From Bugula neritina (lineage: Eukaryota > Animalia > Bryozoa): DNA of 64,000 nt. The position numbers and the translations under genes are program-made. Location of the stretch: the NCBI GenBank assembly GCA_964035545.1, contig OZ037767.1, positions 8,814,581-8,878,580 on the forward strand, read 5' to 3'. Below are positions 28,567-41,200 of the stretch, in pieces (position 1 is the stretch's first letter; each line of letters opens with the position of its first letter). The notes under the pieces were generated by a model. It searched no databases. It was given only the letters and a program-made list of their open reading frames with translations, and was not told the origin of the DNA.

Positions 28567-30654
28567 CAATCTGTGTACAACAGCTGTTTCGAGATTTGTC
28601 CGGAAACAGCGAGAAACTCATGAGGAGTAGCAATCTTCAAGTGTTGGTCACTACTAGAATTTTATTGAGGGTGTAACATGGCAAAGACTTTTGTCACTAC
28701 AGGCTGAGTTTGATGAGAACTGTCTAAAGGGAATATTGGATCAGCTGATCTTAATTCAGAAGCAGGAAGTTGGTACAGATGACCCAGTTATGGATGATGA
28801 TGCAATTCAAGACATTATGTTGGGCTTGATATTGGGGGGTATGTGTAGTTAAATCTAAGTAATTAGAAGTATTATTGCTATATCATTCATCTACAGCTTA
28901 TATAAAGAGTGTAAGCCAGCTCTTATGTGCTAAGGGGAGGCAAGTGTTTGTACTTATCTTTTAAGTTATATGCAGCTTCAACTAACATACTATAGTTATA
29001 TTACAAACTCTATGAAACTATTTGTTGAATATATAAGTATGAAAAGCACATTGTCAAGTAAAAAGTTTTTTTAGCTGCAGGCATTTATTAATTTCTACTT
29101 TTAGTAATATACCATAATTCAACTTTTCAATAAACTGAAGTTGGCTCAAAATTCATGAACATTTGCTATATAGGGTAATTCTATGTGCCGATTCTAAATA
29201 TTATGCATCTAGCAAAGGACACTAGCAGCAACATTAAAGCATAATGGCATTGTAGATTGATGACTGTTCGTGTGTGAGTATGCATGAGTTCGCCTGTGTT
29301 GGTGCAGGCGTGTGTGGGCTGTGATAAAAACACTAGAAAAAGATATTGAAACTCTAGGATAATTAGAAAACTGTGATTACTTAATACTGTAGTTATATTT
29401 GATAATATTTCATTAGTTTGGGACAAAAAAAACCTTATACAATAGTGAGGAAATTGTAAAAAAACCCAAAAACTAGAAATATTGAGCATGTACTCAATTA
29501 AGTAAAATAACCTTCGTTCTTGTATAATTATTTTATAAAATTAATATAATGATTTCATTTTCTGGTATAGGAATGGCGACTAGTCATTCTGTACTCTGTC
29601 AGGCTTTCCTTGACTTTCTTCATGAACCAGATTTACAGAAGAGATTTCAAGATGAGATTGACTGCCAGTTTGAACCATCCCAAATCATAACTCTGAAAGA
29701 TAGGTACCTAGTTTTTTTATTATTGCATTATTGACAACAACCAAAGTAGAAGATCTATTTAATTTCTCGGATATAACAAAGATGACTTATATATGTTTAC
29801 TTACAGGCCAAAGCTGCCATTACTACAGGCATACATATATGAGAATCTTCGGTACAATACAGTGACCCCTATACTAGTTCCACATAGGGCTATTAGAGAC
29901 ACAGAACTTGCTGAATACGAGGTAAAAGATATCAAAGTAGCTAAAAATATGTCACATATGATAAATCTTTTTTACAATTATTAATTTCTATGCATGTTCT
30001 TTGAATATATGTGCTTATTAGCTAATAATTTTATTGAAAAGCAATGAACGTTAAAAACTTTTAATTATACTTTATTCGTATTACTACAGAGCTTTGCCAA
30101 TTTCCCTCACACTATATATTTATAATATATAAACTAAACAAACTCTTTATATATAGATTCCAGCTAATACAACTGTATTGGTAAATGCTTTCTACACATC
30201 TCACAACCCTTGTGTTTATGAAGATCCATTTACTATCAAACCAGAAAGATTCCTTGATGAACACGGAGCTGTTGTAGCACCTGGTCATCCTGCTAGATAT
30301 AAGTAAGTGTTGATCAATTTACTAAACATTAAACAAATGGTATTTTAATTATTTTGGTAAATGTTTCAGGAAACATTTTATATATAAACTAAGGAGAGTT
30401 ATTAAAGCTGATGCTAAAAAATTCGTAAACGTATTTGTTACAGCTCTGTCGGCCTATCTTTTGGGAGTGGTCAGAAAGGCTGTATCGGGAAGAATATAGC
30501 CGAGACTAGAATTTTTCTGTTTCTAGCTAATATATTACAAAGGTTTACAGTCCTGCCTGTTGGAAACCTGCCAAACCGAGATGTTAGAACCTACAATTTT
30601 GTTGGAATGTTGACCCCACCGAGTGTGTCAGTAAAGTTTATCCGCAGACAATAA
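26460..30654 (+). CDS. Cytochrome P450 copy D; native exon-3 acceptor deleted, in-frame cryptic acceptor available
   Basis: Exons 26460-26537, 27005-27203, (27371)-27429, 27735-27938, 28050-28274, 28703-28838, 29571-29703, 29807-29921, 30157-30302, 30444-30654; GGMATS, ENLR, PERF, FGSGQKGCIG. Confidence 0.75.
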
Positions 30655-33485
30655 ATTATTTATAGTAATTACTCTTTGATTTAATAAACATAAAACCAAA
30701 GTAGGGCCTAAATATGAATAGTAAATCGGAATCAAAATATAATTCTATAATGGCGTATAGCAGCCAACAATAATTTCTATATTTATATATTCAGTATATT
30801 TTGTTATAATTTCATTGTCAGGAAACCTATACTATTTAGATGATGACCCTATATATATACCTACAAACTTATGGTCATTACAAAATGTCTTCTTATAGGT
30901 AATTGTAGCTATCAAAATCATGCTGGTTGTTAGAAAATGCTGTCGAAATAAACTAATATTATTTTGTGAAAAAATAAAGATTCAAAACAATTACGCAATG
31001 TTTTTGTATTGTTGAGTGCTTATAGCAGACACTCCAAGACGTAATTCGATATTAAAAACTTCCTGACACACTTATCTTATGACATATTATATTTTTGTGC
31101 ATTCAAGCAGTTTTGTTACATATCAAATCTTTTGCACACCTGTGCCAAATTAACTTTGGGATTTCTAATTTGATTACTTGCTAGCAACACTTTTGTTTGG
31201 CTCTGCTTAGAGCAGCATTATAAAACTAACAGATTTAATATGTAGTTGTAATAGAGTTAAAATCTATGATAGAATAAATACAGTTTCACTAAACTGTAGA
31301 TATGCAAAGGTTTAAAAAGTTGCTTTATCAAATTATAAAACTCTTAAGTTGTACACAATCACTCCTTATAATAGCAAATAACAGGAAAATAAGTATGACT
31401 ATATGCACTGGCATGTAATATACGTCTTACTCAGCTACTTCCTTAGCCTGGGAAACAACCTGTGTTGGCAATAAGTTGTTATATATGAAATGTAACACAA
31501 TGCTTAAACAGTATGAAACTAAGGCTAGAAAGTTATGAGATGCAAACAATATAGTTTGGAGGAGGGTACGTAGCTCAACAAATAACATTTTGCTTTAATA
31601 CTTATGGTCTGTGATGTTGGACAATTCATCTCACATCAACTCATTACAAAATACTCTGAATTTTATTTTACTTGAGTAATGTTTTGTTTATGGCATTTCA
31701 AGTTATTATTCTGTTTATACTTCATATAGTTGACTTAAAATGAGTATAGCACTTAGCAGACTGTAGGTAGACAATAATGTTTACTATAGTCACAGTGTGT
31801 AACTGTATTATAATATGGAAAAATAATAGAGGGAAGCATTTAGTAACACATGAAATACATGTTATTGAATCAGGACAAAAAATAAAAAGGCTCCTAATAA
31901 AGCTAGCTGAACAGTAAACAGAGACATGATAACAGTTAGTTGATAGCACATTTATCTTTATATAAAAACATGTAATAACTGAACAAGGTGAATGACCTTA
32001 TGAAATTCCAGCATAGTGATTGTCTATAAATAAACCTGTTATCAAAGTAGCTTCCCTGTGAGTACGATTTTAGTACACAAGCTGTTTTATTGCTACTGTA
32101 ACAAACATTATATATCTCAACTATAATTATGTTGTTTTTTGATTGATTGATTGATTGATTTATTTATTGCATATCACAGACATGACAACACATTGCGAAA
32201 TTCATATTTACAACTGGCTTTGTTATCTAGATTGTCAATTGCTGTTGTCTAGATTTGCTTCCCAATGAATTTAAAGTTTAAAATAACAAATTGATTATGT
32301 CTAGCTGGTAACTACCCATTAATATTTCACAATGAGGCTATTTTTATCTATAGACAAGCTTGACTTAAAATATGCAGTTTGATCTGAGTTTAATAGAATC
32401 ATTCATGCATACACATACAGGCATTCAAGTTAAGTAGATAGACTGGCCCATATCACTGAGTTTGACCTTTACCCTGCTTTCATGTCTCAATTTAGCTGCA
32501 ATTGAACATATCAATACATGGGAGGACATTAATAACCTTTGGTGGCAAAAGCATTTAGAACAGTCTAACCTGAATTCACTATTTATAGATAATGTTCAAG
32601 TAACTGCCCATCACTATTGTGCAATGAGGCTATTTTCATCTAGGCAAACTTGCATGATATACTAGACTCATGTAGACAGAAACATATTATAGCTGTAACA
32701 AGCTACCTGTACACATAAAACATAACTATTATAAGGCTCAAATGTGAATATTTAATCATAAACAATGTGTATAACTCAATGATATCTGCCAGACACTAAT
32801 AACTTTTCTGTTTGTGTATTCAATATGTATTTTGCTATAACATAGTTAGCACACATATATATATGCATTTTAACGAAAATACATCAAGAAATGACAGTTT
32901 TTTTTGAGAAAATTGAAAAGAATGCTATTGTTTGGGCAATAATTGTTATGCTCTTGTGCTACTGCAAGCTCCTGGGTTCTTTATTTTCCCACATGTGAGA
33001 AGATAACCCTAAACTAATCATAAGAAGTACAACATCTAATGGAGGGATAACTCTTAATAGGAAATGTAAAAATATCAGTTTTTAATATGAAATAAGTCTA
33101 GCACATTACAAATACTTTATACTATAACAGATTATGGAAAATGGCATATGGCATAATTTAGTATTTTATAACACCATAAGCTAATATAAGTGGTTTTCTT
33201 ATTTTTAAACCAGTGAATTTTGTGCTTGTCATGTAAATGGTTTCATCTCACTTAGACGTTTCCCACTTGGACGCTTCGTTTATTTTGGTACAATATATAT
33301 AGTAATATACATAATATATTACTGTTGCATTTACTGCTAAACATGAAATAAGCTACCAAGCCAGCTATTTACTTTAACTCAATATTAATTTAGCTACAGT
33401 TTATTTTATTCAGAATAACAGAATAAAATGCACAAATGCATTTTATGGTATATCACATACTGCTATATTACAACTTCACTCTGCC

Positions 33486-33878
33486 GTCAAATTACATTAT
33501 CCAGGTTACTACTTTTTGGGGCCCGGTACCAAATTAAGTAAGCGTCTTAACGATGACACGATGCCTAAATAATAGAGCATACCGGTAGATCAAGATGATG
33601 TGATAGCTTATCGCCACGATTTGTGCTACGCGATAAATAAGGACGGGAAGACTAGACATTCTGTACGCAATAAAAATATGTTAGATTAACTAAAGGCTAT
33701 ACCAAATCCTACACCCGCTGAACAACGACACAGCCATATTGCCGAGACAATAATAGGAATGAAAAAGCGCTTAGGGTGGGTACTTAAAAAAAGATTTCGC
33801 TGGACAGATGAATTAGCCGAAGAACTTCGTAAACCGGTGCAAAAAATATTTCGTAAAAGAGGAGTCTGGGTATCATGA
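33486..33878 (+). pseudogene. Polinton/adintovirus parvovirus-type phospholipase A2 domain running into an integrase-like N-terminus (3 internal stops)
   Basis: One frame reads VKLHYPGYYFLGPGTKLSKRL...AYRHDLCYA (GPG Ca-loop and HDxxY motifs), then RWTDELAEELRKPVQKIFRKRGVWV, which resembles the LHKP.R..F.RR.V leader of Polinton integrases. Confidence 0.8.
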
Positions 33879-34530
33879 TTTCTTTGATAAATAATGGTAT
33901 CACATATTTATTTAAAAGTGTTAAATATCAGATTAACGGAAAAGACCTCGAGTATATAAATAACCCGAGGAACGCTCTGACCATAATGGGTCTTCTAACT
34001 TATCCCGATGACTACGGCAAGTCAAGAGGCCTCAACCAATTATGGTCAAAAGACACCACTGATGCTGCAGCTGCTGCTAACTTGAGTTTTGCGGCTCGTC
34101 AAGCCTATCTTATACAAAAGCCTGATCCTAAGGGTACTTTTAGTATTAAGGTGGATCTCAGACATTTGCTCAGTTCTACCGATGATTGTGACACAGCTTT
34201 GTATGGCATAAAGCATCAACTGACTTTAGTTCGTGATACCAATAATAATGCCATTTTCAGAGCGAATGGCGTTGATGCCAAAAAAGTGGAACTAAGCAAG
34301 ATTTCTTGGTGGGTACTGCACGTAATGCTTAGATTTGAAATGAAAGTCCAGCTTAACAAGATTATGGAATTCGAATTCCAATAATGTATAGGTCAAGATG
34401 GTGCGATAGTATCTCAGTGCCTTAAACTACTAGCTTTATTTGGCGTTTGGGCTCTAGAGAGATAATGAAAAACCTTGCTACATCATTGTAAGTTTTTAGA
34501 CGAATAAGACCGAAAACCAGGAAACGAATT
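33875..34530 (+). pseudogene. Polinton/adintovirus-like major capsid protein, internal fragment
   Basis: NNGITYLFKSVKYQINGKDLEYINNP...MGLLTYPDDY...GLNQLWSKDT...PKGTFS...YGIKHQLTLVR...SKISWW, continuing after a frameshift as YRSR.CDSISVP.TTSFIWRLG; recognised from memory of Polinton double jelly-roll capsids and supported by context. Confidence 0.7.
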
Positions 34531-35134
34531 TATTTTACCAATAACCACCAATTGCTTTTTTTTGAGCTCCGATGATCCACCAAACTTGTATACTGTACTT
34601 ATTTATCATAGGTATTTATAATAAGATTTTACTGATGCCCACGCAAATGGACTAGATCCTGAGTTTTCAGAATTCAACGGTGGGGAACCACCCAAAGATG
34701 ATCCATCAGGAGGTTTACGACTCGTAAATGACTCTGAACATAATAACGTGAGACTATAGTCTTTATTTGCGTTGATAGTTTCTGATATAGAAATATTGAT
34801 GTACGAAACACTCTGTACATCACCTCGAATGGTAAAATAATTAACGAAAAGATATCTTTTCTCAGTAAGTAGTGTATCACCCCTTATCGTTAATAGCAAC
34901 TTTTTGTCTGTCCAATATAGAGAGTGATTCTTAAATATGTTTTCACAACTTAATTTTATCAACGCGCGAGTTAACTCTATTTTCTCATCTACTATAATAT
35001 TGAAAATTAAATTGGCAATTAGGTCCTACATGATACTTGAATTCATTAATCACCACGAGTCTCGTAACGTAATTTCTCTCCTTTGTCAACTGTATACGAT
35101 ACTTGTATACGAACTTGTATACGATACTTGTTTA

Positions 35135-35542
35135 TTAAAATAACGTATTTATAACTTTCTGAGGTCTTTTACCATCAGACAACTCTTTGAGCCGGTACAA
35201 ACATAAATGACCACAAATAACCGTGTCGGGTCTTTGAACTTTTTCCGTGTTATGCGCTACCTCGGGTCCTAAACATAACACCGACTTTCGAGGAGGGTGT
35301 AAGCCCAAACTATCAAAATAGTACTTTTGGTCATTATCTTTATACCATGCTGTCCGGTGAGTACCACCGCCTAGGATATTATCTAAATTTAAAATTCCCT
35401 ATTTTTTTTGCAACTTACCCTGTAAAGCGTCTCTAGAAAAAGGCTCCTTAAAGTTGAGAATTTTTAACTTTTTCAATGCTGACTTGAGGTCAACATCTGT
35501 GAGAGGTTTATTTAGAAGAATTATATCGTGTATTTGTATCAT
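35135..35542 (-). pseudogene. Adenain-like cysteine protease of Polinton (one internal stop)
   Basis: MIQIHDIILLNKPLTDVDL...GILNLD...GGGTHRTAWYK...YYFDSLG...VQRPDTVICGHLCLY: His, Asp, Gln and Cys catalytic-type motifs in order; missing from the ORF track because of the TAG. Confidence 0.85.
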
Positions 35543-35663
35543 TTATTTAATTTGTTTTGCTCGCCGTGGTGCGACACGCTTTGTTAACTTTCGAAACGCA
35601 AGAATCAAAAGTTATTTCACAATCTTACCGAAAATTGTGCATATAATGAAAAACAATTTAGCC

Positions 35664-37854
35664 TCATTCATATTTGTTATATCCATAAAGAATTGTATTT
35701 AGTCTGTCTTCCAGTATATTTCTTTTATCATCCTCGGCAGACAAGGTTACTTTGTTTAGAGTTTCAGCGTACATCGTATGTTTATGACTTCTTAAAACAT
35801 TCATCGTGCGATGCTGGCCGCATTGTGTCTGAAGGCATTCTTGATAGTAGTCAAATGTTATACATTTGTTTCGTGTTGTTTTGTTAATTCTTTTGCACTT
35901 TTTCTTTTATTGAGTCATCCATTTTGTAAAAGTACAACTTGGTGTGAAGACCTACAAACTCAATGATTTGTTTACTGTCGGTTTCATCTTTAAACATACC
36001 TATTTCTATACCCGATTTATGGCCTTTTAAATAATTACTTGTATCAAACATAGACTCTACATCTTGAAATATTTCTTTATAGAGATCATCAGTCTATATG
36101 TGATACATTAGGTTATCCGTGTCTGTAAACAACAACTGCGCATTTGTACCAAACTTTGGTTTGATGTAGCTATAGTGAAAATCATACGTTAATGTTTTGC
36201 TGATGTCCAAGATTGCCGCTCCTAAATATACGGGTTTGCCAAACTTTAGTTTTGTTACACTCATGTGAACGGCTACGAGATTATCAGAAAATATTGCCTA
36301 GCTTTTGTAGTTTAATTGAGCTGTTAATTTTTTAGCTTGACTTTCTTCGCTAATGAGTTTAACATCGATTCGATTACGAATATTTTCCATTGTCTTACCA
36401 AACACCGAGTTATTCATGAGCTTGAAAAAGTCTTTTTAAAAAATCATTTTGAGCTTGAGCTCGCAGCTCCGTATTTTTGTCTATGTAGTCTTTAAGTTTA
36501 TCAGATTTGTCAAAAGTTATGCCTCTATGAATCTTTGTAAGTTTTAAGCCATATTTAAGGCAGTGCTTTAGCGCCTTGTATTGTAGAACATTATTTTTCT
36601 TATCTCTTAAATTAAGAATTAATTTTTCCACTACGTTAATGATTTGCATTTCCGGGCAAAATGAATGATCTTTATGAAGGTCGCGTAGAATGTTCGGATA
36701 CTCCAAATACACTTCTAAAAAGCTAGGTGGTAAAGTTCCACCTTTGTCTAGGTTTTGACAATGTTCATCGGTCATCCACTTAACTTTGCCGACCGGTACC
36801 TTTTGAGACATAGCCCACTCGTATAAATAGTCATACGGAGAAACTCCTTTTCTTAATAAATCTAATTGCTTCTTGAGATAATATTTTCTCAAGTGTTTAA
36901 AGTCGTCACCCTTTAGATTCTCAACTAATTTTGCTAACGAAGAACTCATAAATTTGAATGTGTCTAAAAGTCAAATTTCTCGTTTAACTTCAATTACTTT
37001 TTTACCCCCTTTGTCAATAAATTCATCTACTACCAGTTGTTTACTAAAAGATAGGTACTTTTCTTCGTTGTTCGGGATACAGGAAATTTTACCGTTCCTT
37101 AAATTCTTAATGAACAGGTGAGCATCGTATCCGGACAAGTGGTGAATAAACACCGGATAAAATTTCAGAATCTTATAATTCAGATTGCACTTATTATGAA
37201 CCACTCCTCGAAAGCCTCTAGTTAAATGGCAATGATCTCATACTTTGTCGTCGCCTAATTTTTTTTGCATATGTGAAAAATCTTAGCTACTCAAAACGAT
37301 AAATTCTCTTTTGGTGTGCGTTTGATAGTTTTTGAAAATTTATGCTTTTTATACAGTTGTCTAACTTCGTTTTCTATATTTTCCACAAACAAAAATATTT
37401 TGCATTTACATGACTATTTACTTGTGAGCTAAGCAGTCTGCTCAAATTTTTAATGCATGCGTATAGTGACTACCGTTCTCATTGGTTATAAGAAGAAAAT
37501 TTACCATTTTCCCTTGTTTTTTAGATAGATTTCACGGGTACACTACTGCACCATCCCATGTCAGAACATTTACCGCAATACAAGAGTTAGCTTCTTCAAA
37601 AGGTTTAATAGATTTTTTATCAGCTTGGAATTCAACGCATTTCCACGATACCGTGTCAACGTACCCCCTGTATTTAAATATTCTTTCCCTATTATCATCG
37701 GCTGAAAAGAGTGATGCCAAAACGGCCCATTTAAAGGATTCTACATCTTTTTTTTTTGGTTTTATCACGCTTTTTGTGTTTTTTATTTTTTTCCGGAAGA
37801 TCAATCCACGATGATCATCTTAGAGGTTGATATTTGTCAATGTTAATTCCCATT
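35664..37854 (-). pseudogene. Protein-primed family B DNA polymerase (Polinton pPolB), C-terminal part
   Basis: FKWAVLA, DHCHLT..FRG..HNKCNL, HHLSGYDAHL (exonuclease), RKGVSPYDY, LYEWAMSQ, FKLMNNSVFGKTMEN (motif B), KPVYLGAAILDISK, FTDTDN (motif C), KVTLSAEDDKR; stops, frameshifts and an internal deletion. Confidence 0.92.
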
Positions 37855-38162
37855 TGCTATGTATTGAACTAGCCTTGTCAATACACCACATAGATGCATA
37901 TTATGACATACCACATTTTATGTGCTGGGTTACTTTTTATTCTAATGTCTATTTGTTTAAACTCATTATATACAGTTTTTTGCCATATCAATATACAAGC
38001 CAGTTGTTATTCTGTCACTGTTTATCTACATGTATTTTTATGTCAGTTACTTGTTAGCTTCAATACAATACAGTCATACATTCTACTCTACAGCCAATCT
38101 TACTTATACGTGCTTAATCTTACTGTTTACTCTTGTTTAACATAAATAACAAGAACACAACA
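37855..38162 (+). repeat. 5' LTR
   Basis: No difference from 42279-42586 seen by eye. Confidence 0.97.
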
Positions 38163-38164
38163 AC

Positions 38165-38182
38165 TGGTGTCAGAAGTAGGAT
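38165..38182 (+). promoter_or_regulatory. Primer binding site, tRNA-Leu type
   Basis: TGGTGTCAGAAGTAGGAT, 2 nt after the LTR; 17/18 match to the complement of the tRNA-Leu(CAG/CAA) 3' end as recalled (TGGTGTCAGAAGTGGGAT). Confidence 0.85.
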
Positions 38183-38205
38183 AAATACAACCATATCATT
38201 TTGAA

Positions 38206-41200
38206 ATGGAGGAAGTTATAAAACAACTTGTAACAACAATGCAGCAACAACAGCAGCAGCAGATGGAGCAATTCGCTCAAATACTGGGACAATTTACTAC
38301 AGCTGTAAAGCCTGGTGAACCTGCACAAAATAAATCTGTAACTGTGACTAGATTTGACTCTTATGACAGAGACAAGGAATCATGGACTCAGTATTTACAG
38401 CGGCTCAATCAACACTTTACCGTTTACAACGTAAGTGACAGTGAACAAAAACGAGCTTGCTTACTTTCATGGATTGGCTCAGAATGTTATGAATTGCTGA
38501 CAAAACTGTATGGCTCGGAGGACATAACTACCATGTCGTTCGATAGTCTAGCAGGTAAGCTTAGCACACATTTTATTGAAACAAAACATGTGCAAGCAGC
38601 TAGATATCAGTTTTATAACTGTAAAATGAAACCTAACCAGTCATACTCAGATTGGGCAGCTGATTTACGGGGTTTAGCTCGTAACTGCAATTTTACCTGT
38701 AAAAAGGAAGACTGTGGTGAAAGTTATGTTGATGATCAAATTCGTGACATAATTATTAAAGAAACTCCACATGCTGATGTACGTAGACAATGCTTATTGG
38801 ATCCAGATCCTACACTGGAAAATGTGTTAAAGAAGGCAGCTACATACATTCAAACAGTAGAAACTGATAAAGTTTTGAAGGGTGAGACCTCTACACCTGT
38901 TACCACAAATCAAATGTCCTCAACATACAAACGTCAAAACAAAGGTAGTCAGGGCAAGAGACCACAATTTCACAAGTCTGAAAACCAGACTGCTATGCCA
39001 ACACAGCCTTCCAAGTTGAAATCGTGTCCACAATGCTACATTAGCCACGATCGTAAACAATGTCCTCACCGTAACAAACAATGTAAGCTGTGCAACAAAA
39101 CAGGACATATTTCTAGCGTCTGCAAAACTTCATCAAAATCAAGTGGGAACAACTCTCACTTCGTAGAAGAATCTTCAAGTAGTGTTTACAATATATATGA
39201 ACGCAAGGGGAAACAAATATGGATTAACACTACTGTGAACAACAAACAAACACAATTTCAGTGGGACACAGGCGCTACTTGTTCTATGGTAGGGAACAAA
39301 GGCTACAAAGCCCTAGGCTCTCCACCATATCAACAGACAGACACGACCCTTCATTCATATGGAAATACCGCTATGCAGGTACGTGGTGAATGCTATGTAA
39401 CAGTAACCATTGGTCAGACTACAAAAAACAATCTTCGATTATTAATAGTAGACTCAGATGAAGGTGTCAACTTACTGGGTGTAGACTGGAGTGACAGTTT
39501 TGGACTATCACAACAGGGTCTATCTGCTGTAGACAGTGACACCGAGGTTACTAACGCAGTACACAATGTTGATACCAAGGTCAAAGTTCTCACAACAAAA
39601 TATCCCGATGTTTTCAAACCTGGAATAGGACATTGTAAAACATTTAAAGTACCAATTTACCTCAAATCAGAACATAAACCTTGTTTTTCTAAACCTAGAG
39701 AAATCCCCTATTCTCAACATGAGGCCACTAGGGCTGAATTAAACAGGCTTGAAGCTGAAGGTGTCATACAACGTATTAACTTCAGTAACTGGGCCGCTCC
39801 TATAGTAGTGGTTACCAAACCGTCTGGCAAAGTTCGCATCTGTGGAGATTTCAAGCGACTCAATCAGTGCATCTCCATAGATCAGCATCCACTACCAAAA
39901 CTGGATGATTTAATGAACAGGCTTAGAGGAGGTAAATTCTTCACCAAACTTGACTTGGCTGATGCTTACTTACAACTTGAGCTAGAAGATGATGCCAAAC
40001 AGCTGTGTGTGATAAACACTCCATTCGGATTATACCAATATAATAGAATGTGCTTTGGAATTGCCCCTGGTCCAGCTCAGTTTCAACGGTGTATGGATAC
40101 CTTGACTCAAAAATTACCAGGAGTTGCTGCATACCTTGATGATTTAATCATTACTGGTAAAACGGAGGAAGAACACTGGACTAATCTGACAAACCTGCTT
40201 TCAACACTTCAAGAGCATGGTTTTCGAATACGATTAGACAAGTGTGAATTCTTCAAGCACTCTGTTGAGTATCTGGGTCACACCATCGACAAGGATGGCA
40301 AACGACCAACAGCTGCTTCCATGGCAGCTCTCTCTCAATTACCTCGACCACAGGACTTGCACCAACTGCAAGCATTTCTAGGAAAGGTTAACTACTATGG
40401 GGGCTTTATCTCTAATCTTGCGGATAAAGCAGCTCCACTTTACAAGCTCCTCAAGAATGATACCACATTCACATGGTCAAATGAATGTGAACAAGCCTTT
40501 ACCCAGCTGAAGAATAGCATTATCAATGCTACTAGCCTGACACACTATGATGAGACAAAACCCCTAATTCTTGCAGCCGATGCGTCATCCTATGGATTAG
40601 GAGTTGTTCTCTCGCAGGATACTGATCAGGGAGAAGTTCCAGTGGCTTACGCTTCAAAAACATTGACTGACACTCAAAAGAACTACTCTCAGATTGAACA
40701 TGAAGCTCTCTCTATTATATATGGTGTGACCAAGTTCAGACAATTCCTATATGGACGACATTTTACGCTAGTCACAGACCATGAGCCTCTCACTACTATT
40801 TTTGCACCAGGCAAAAATATTCCAACTTTAACAGCACAGCGTTTACAACGCTGGGCTCTCACTCTAATGGGTTTCCAGTTTACTATCAGGTACAAGAAGA
40901 CCTCCCAACATGGGAATGCTGATTGTCTTTCGAGGTTACCATTTGGTCCTGATAGCAATTTTGACCGGATCGAGCAGCAGGACAACAAGGAGACATCCCA
41001 TGCAATACAAGAGCAAATATTTACATCACCTGTTGCTGGATACAATGAGGTCAGACAGGAAACTGTCAAAGATCAACACCTTCAACGTGTCATAACATGG
41101 ATTCAGCAAGGTTGGCCAGTCACAAAACTAGATGACAAAGAACTGGGCACTTTCTGGATTCACCGTGACTCCCTGCAACTTGAACAAGGTGTCTTGTTGT

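Noticed and set aside
32462-32665. Similar ORFs at 32462 and 61516 as a small gene family
   Set aside because: They fall in the duplicated non-coding module, have no recognisable domain, and are not reported as ORFs in the copies near 51.4 kb and 13.2 kb.
33349-33354. TAAGCT as the left 6-bp TSD matching 43902-43907
   Set aside because: It is not followed by an AGTAG terminus or TIR sequence; a 6-mer match in AT-rich DNA is expected by chance.
37827-38145. Duplicated small ORFs (also 42278-42569) as genes
   Set aside because: They lie in the two LTRs and are identical only because the LTRs are.
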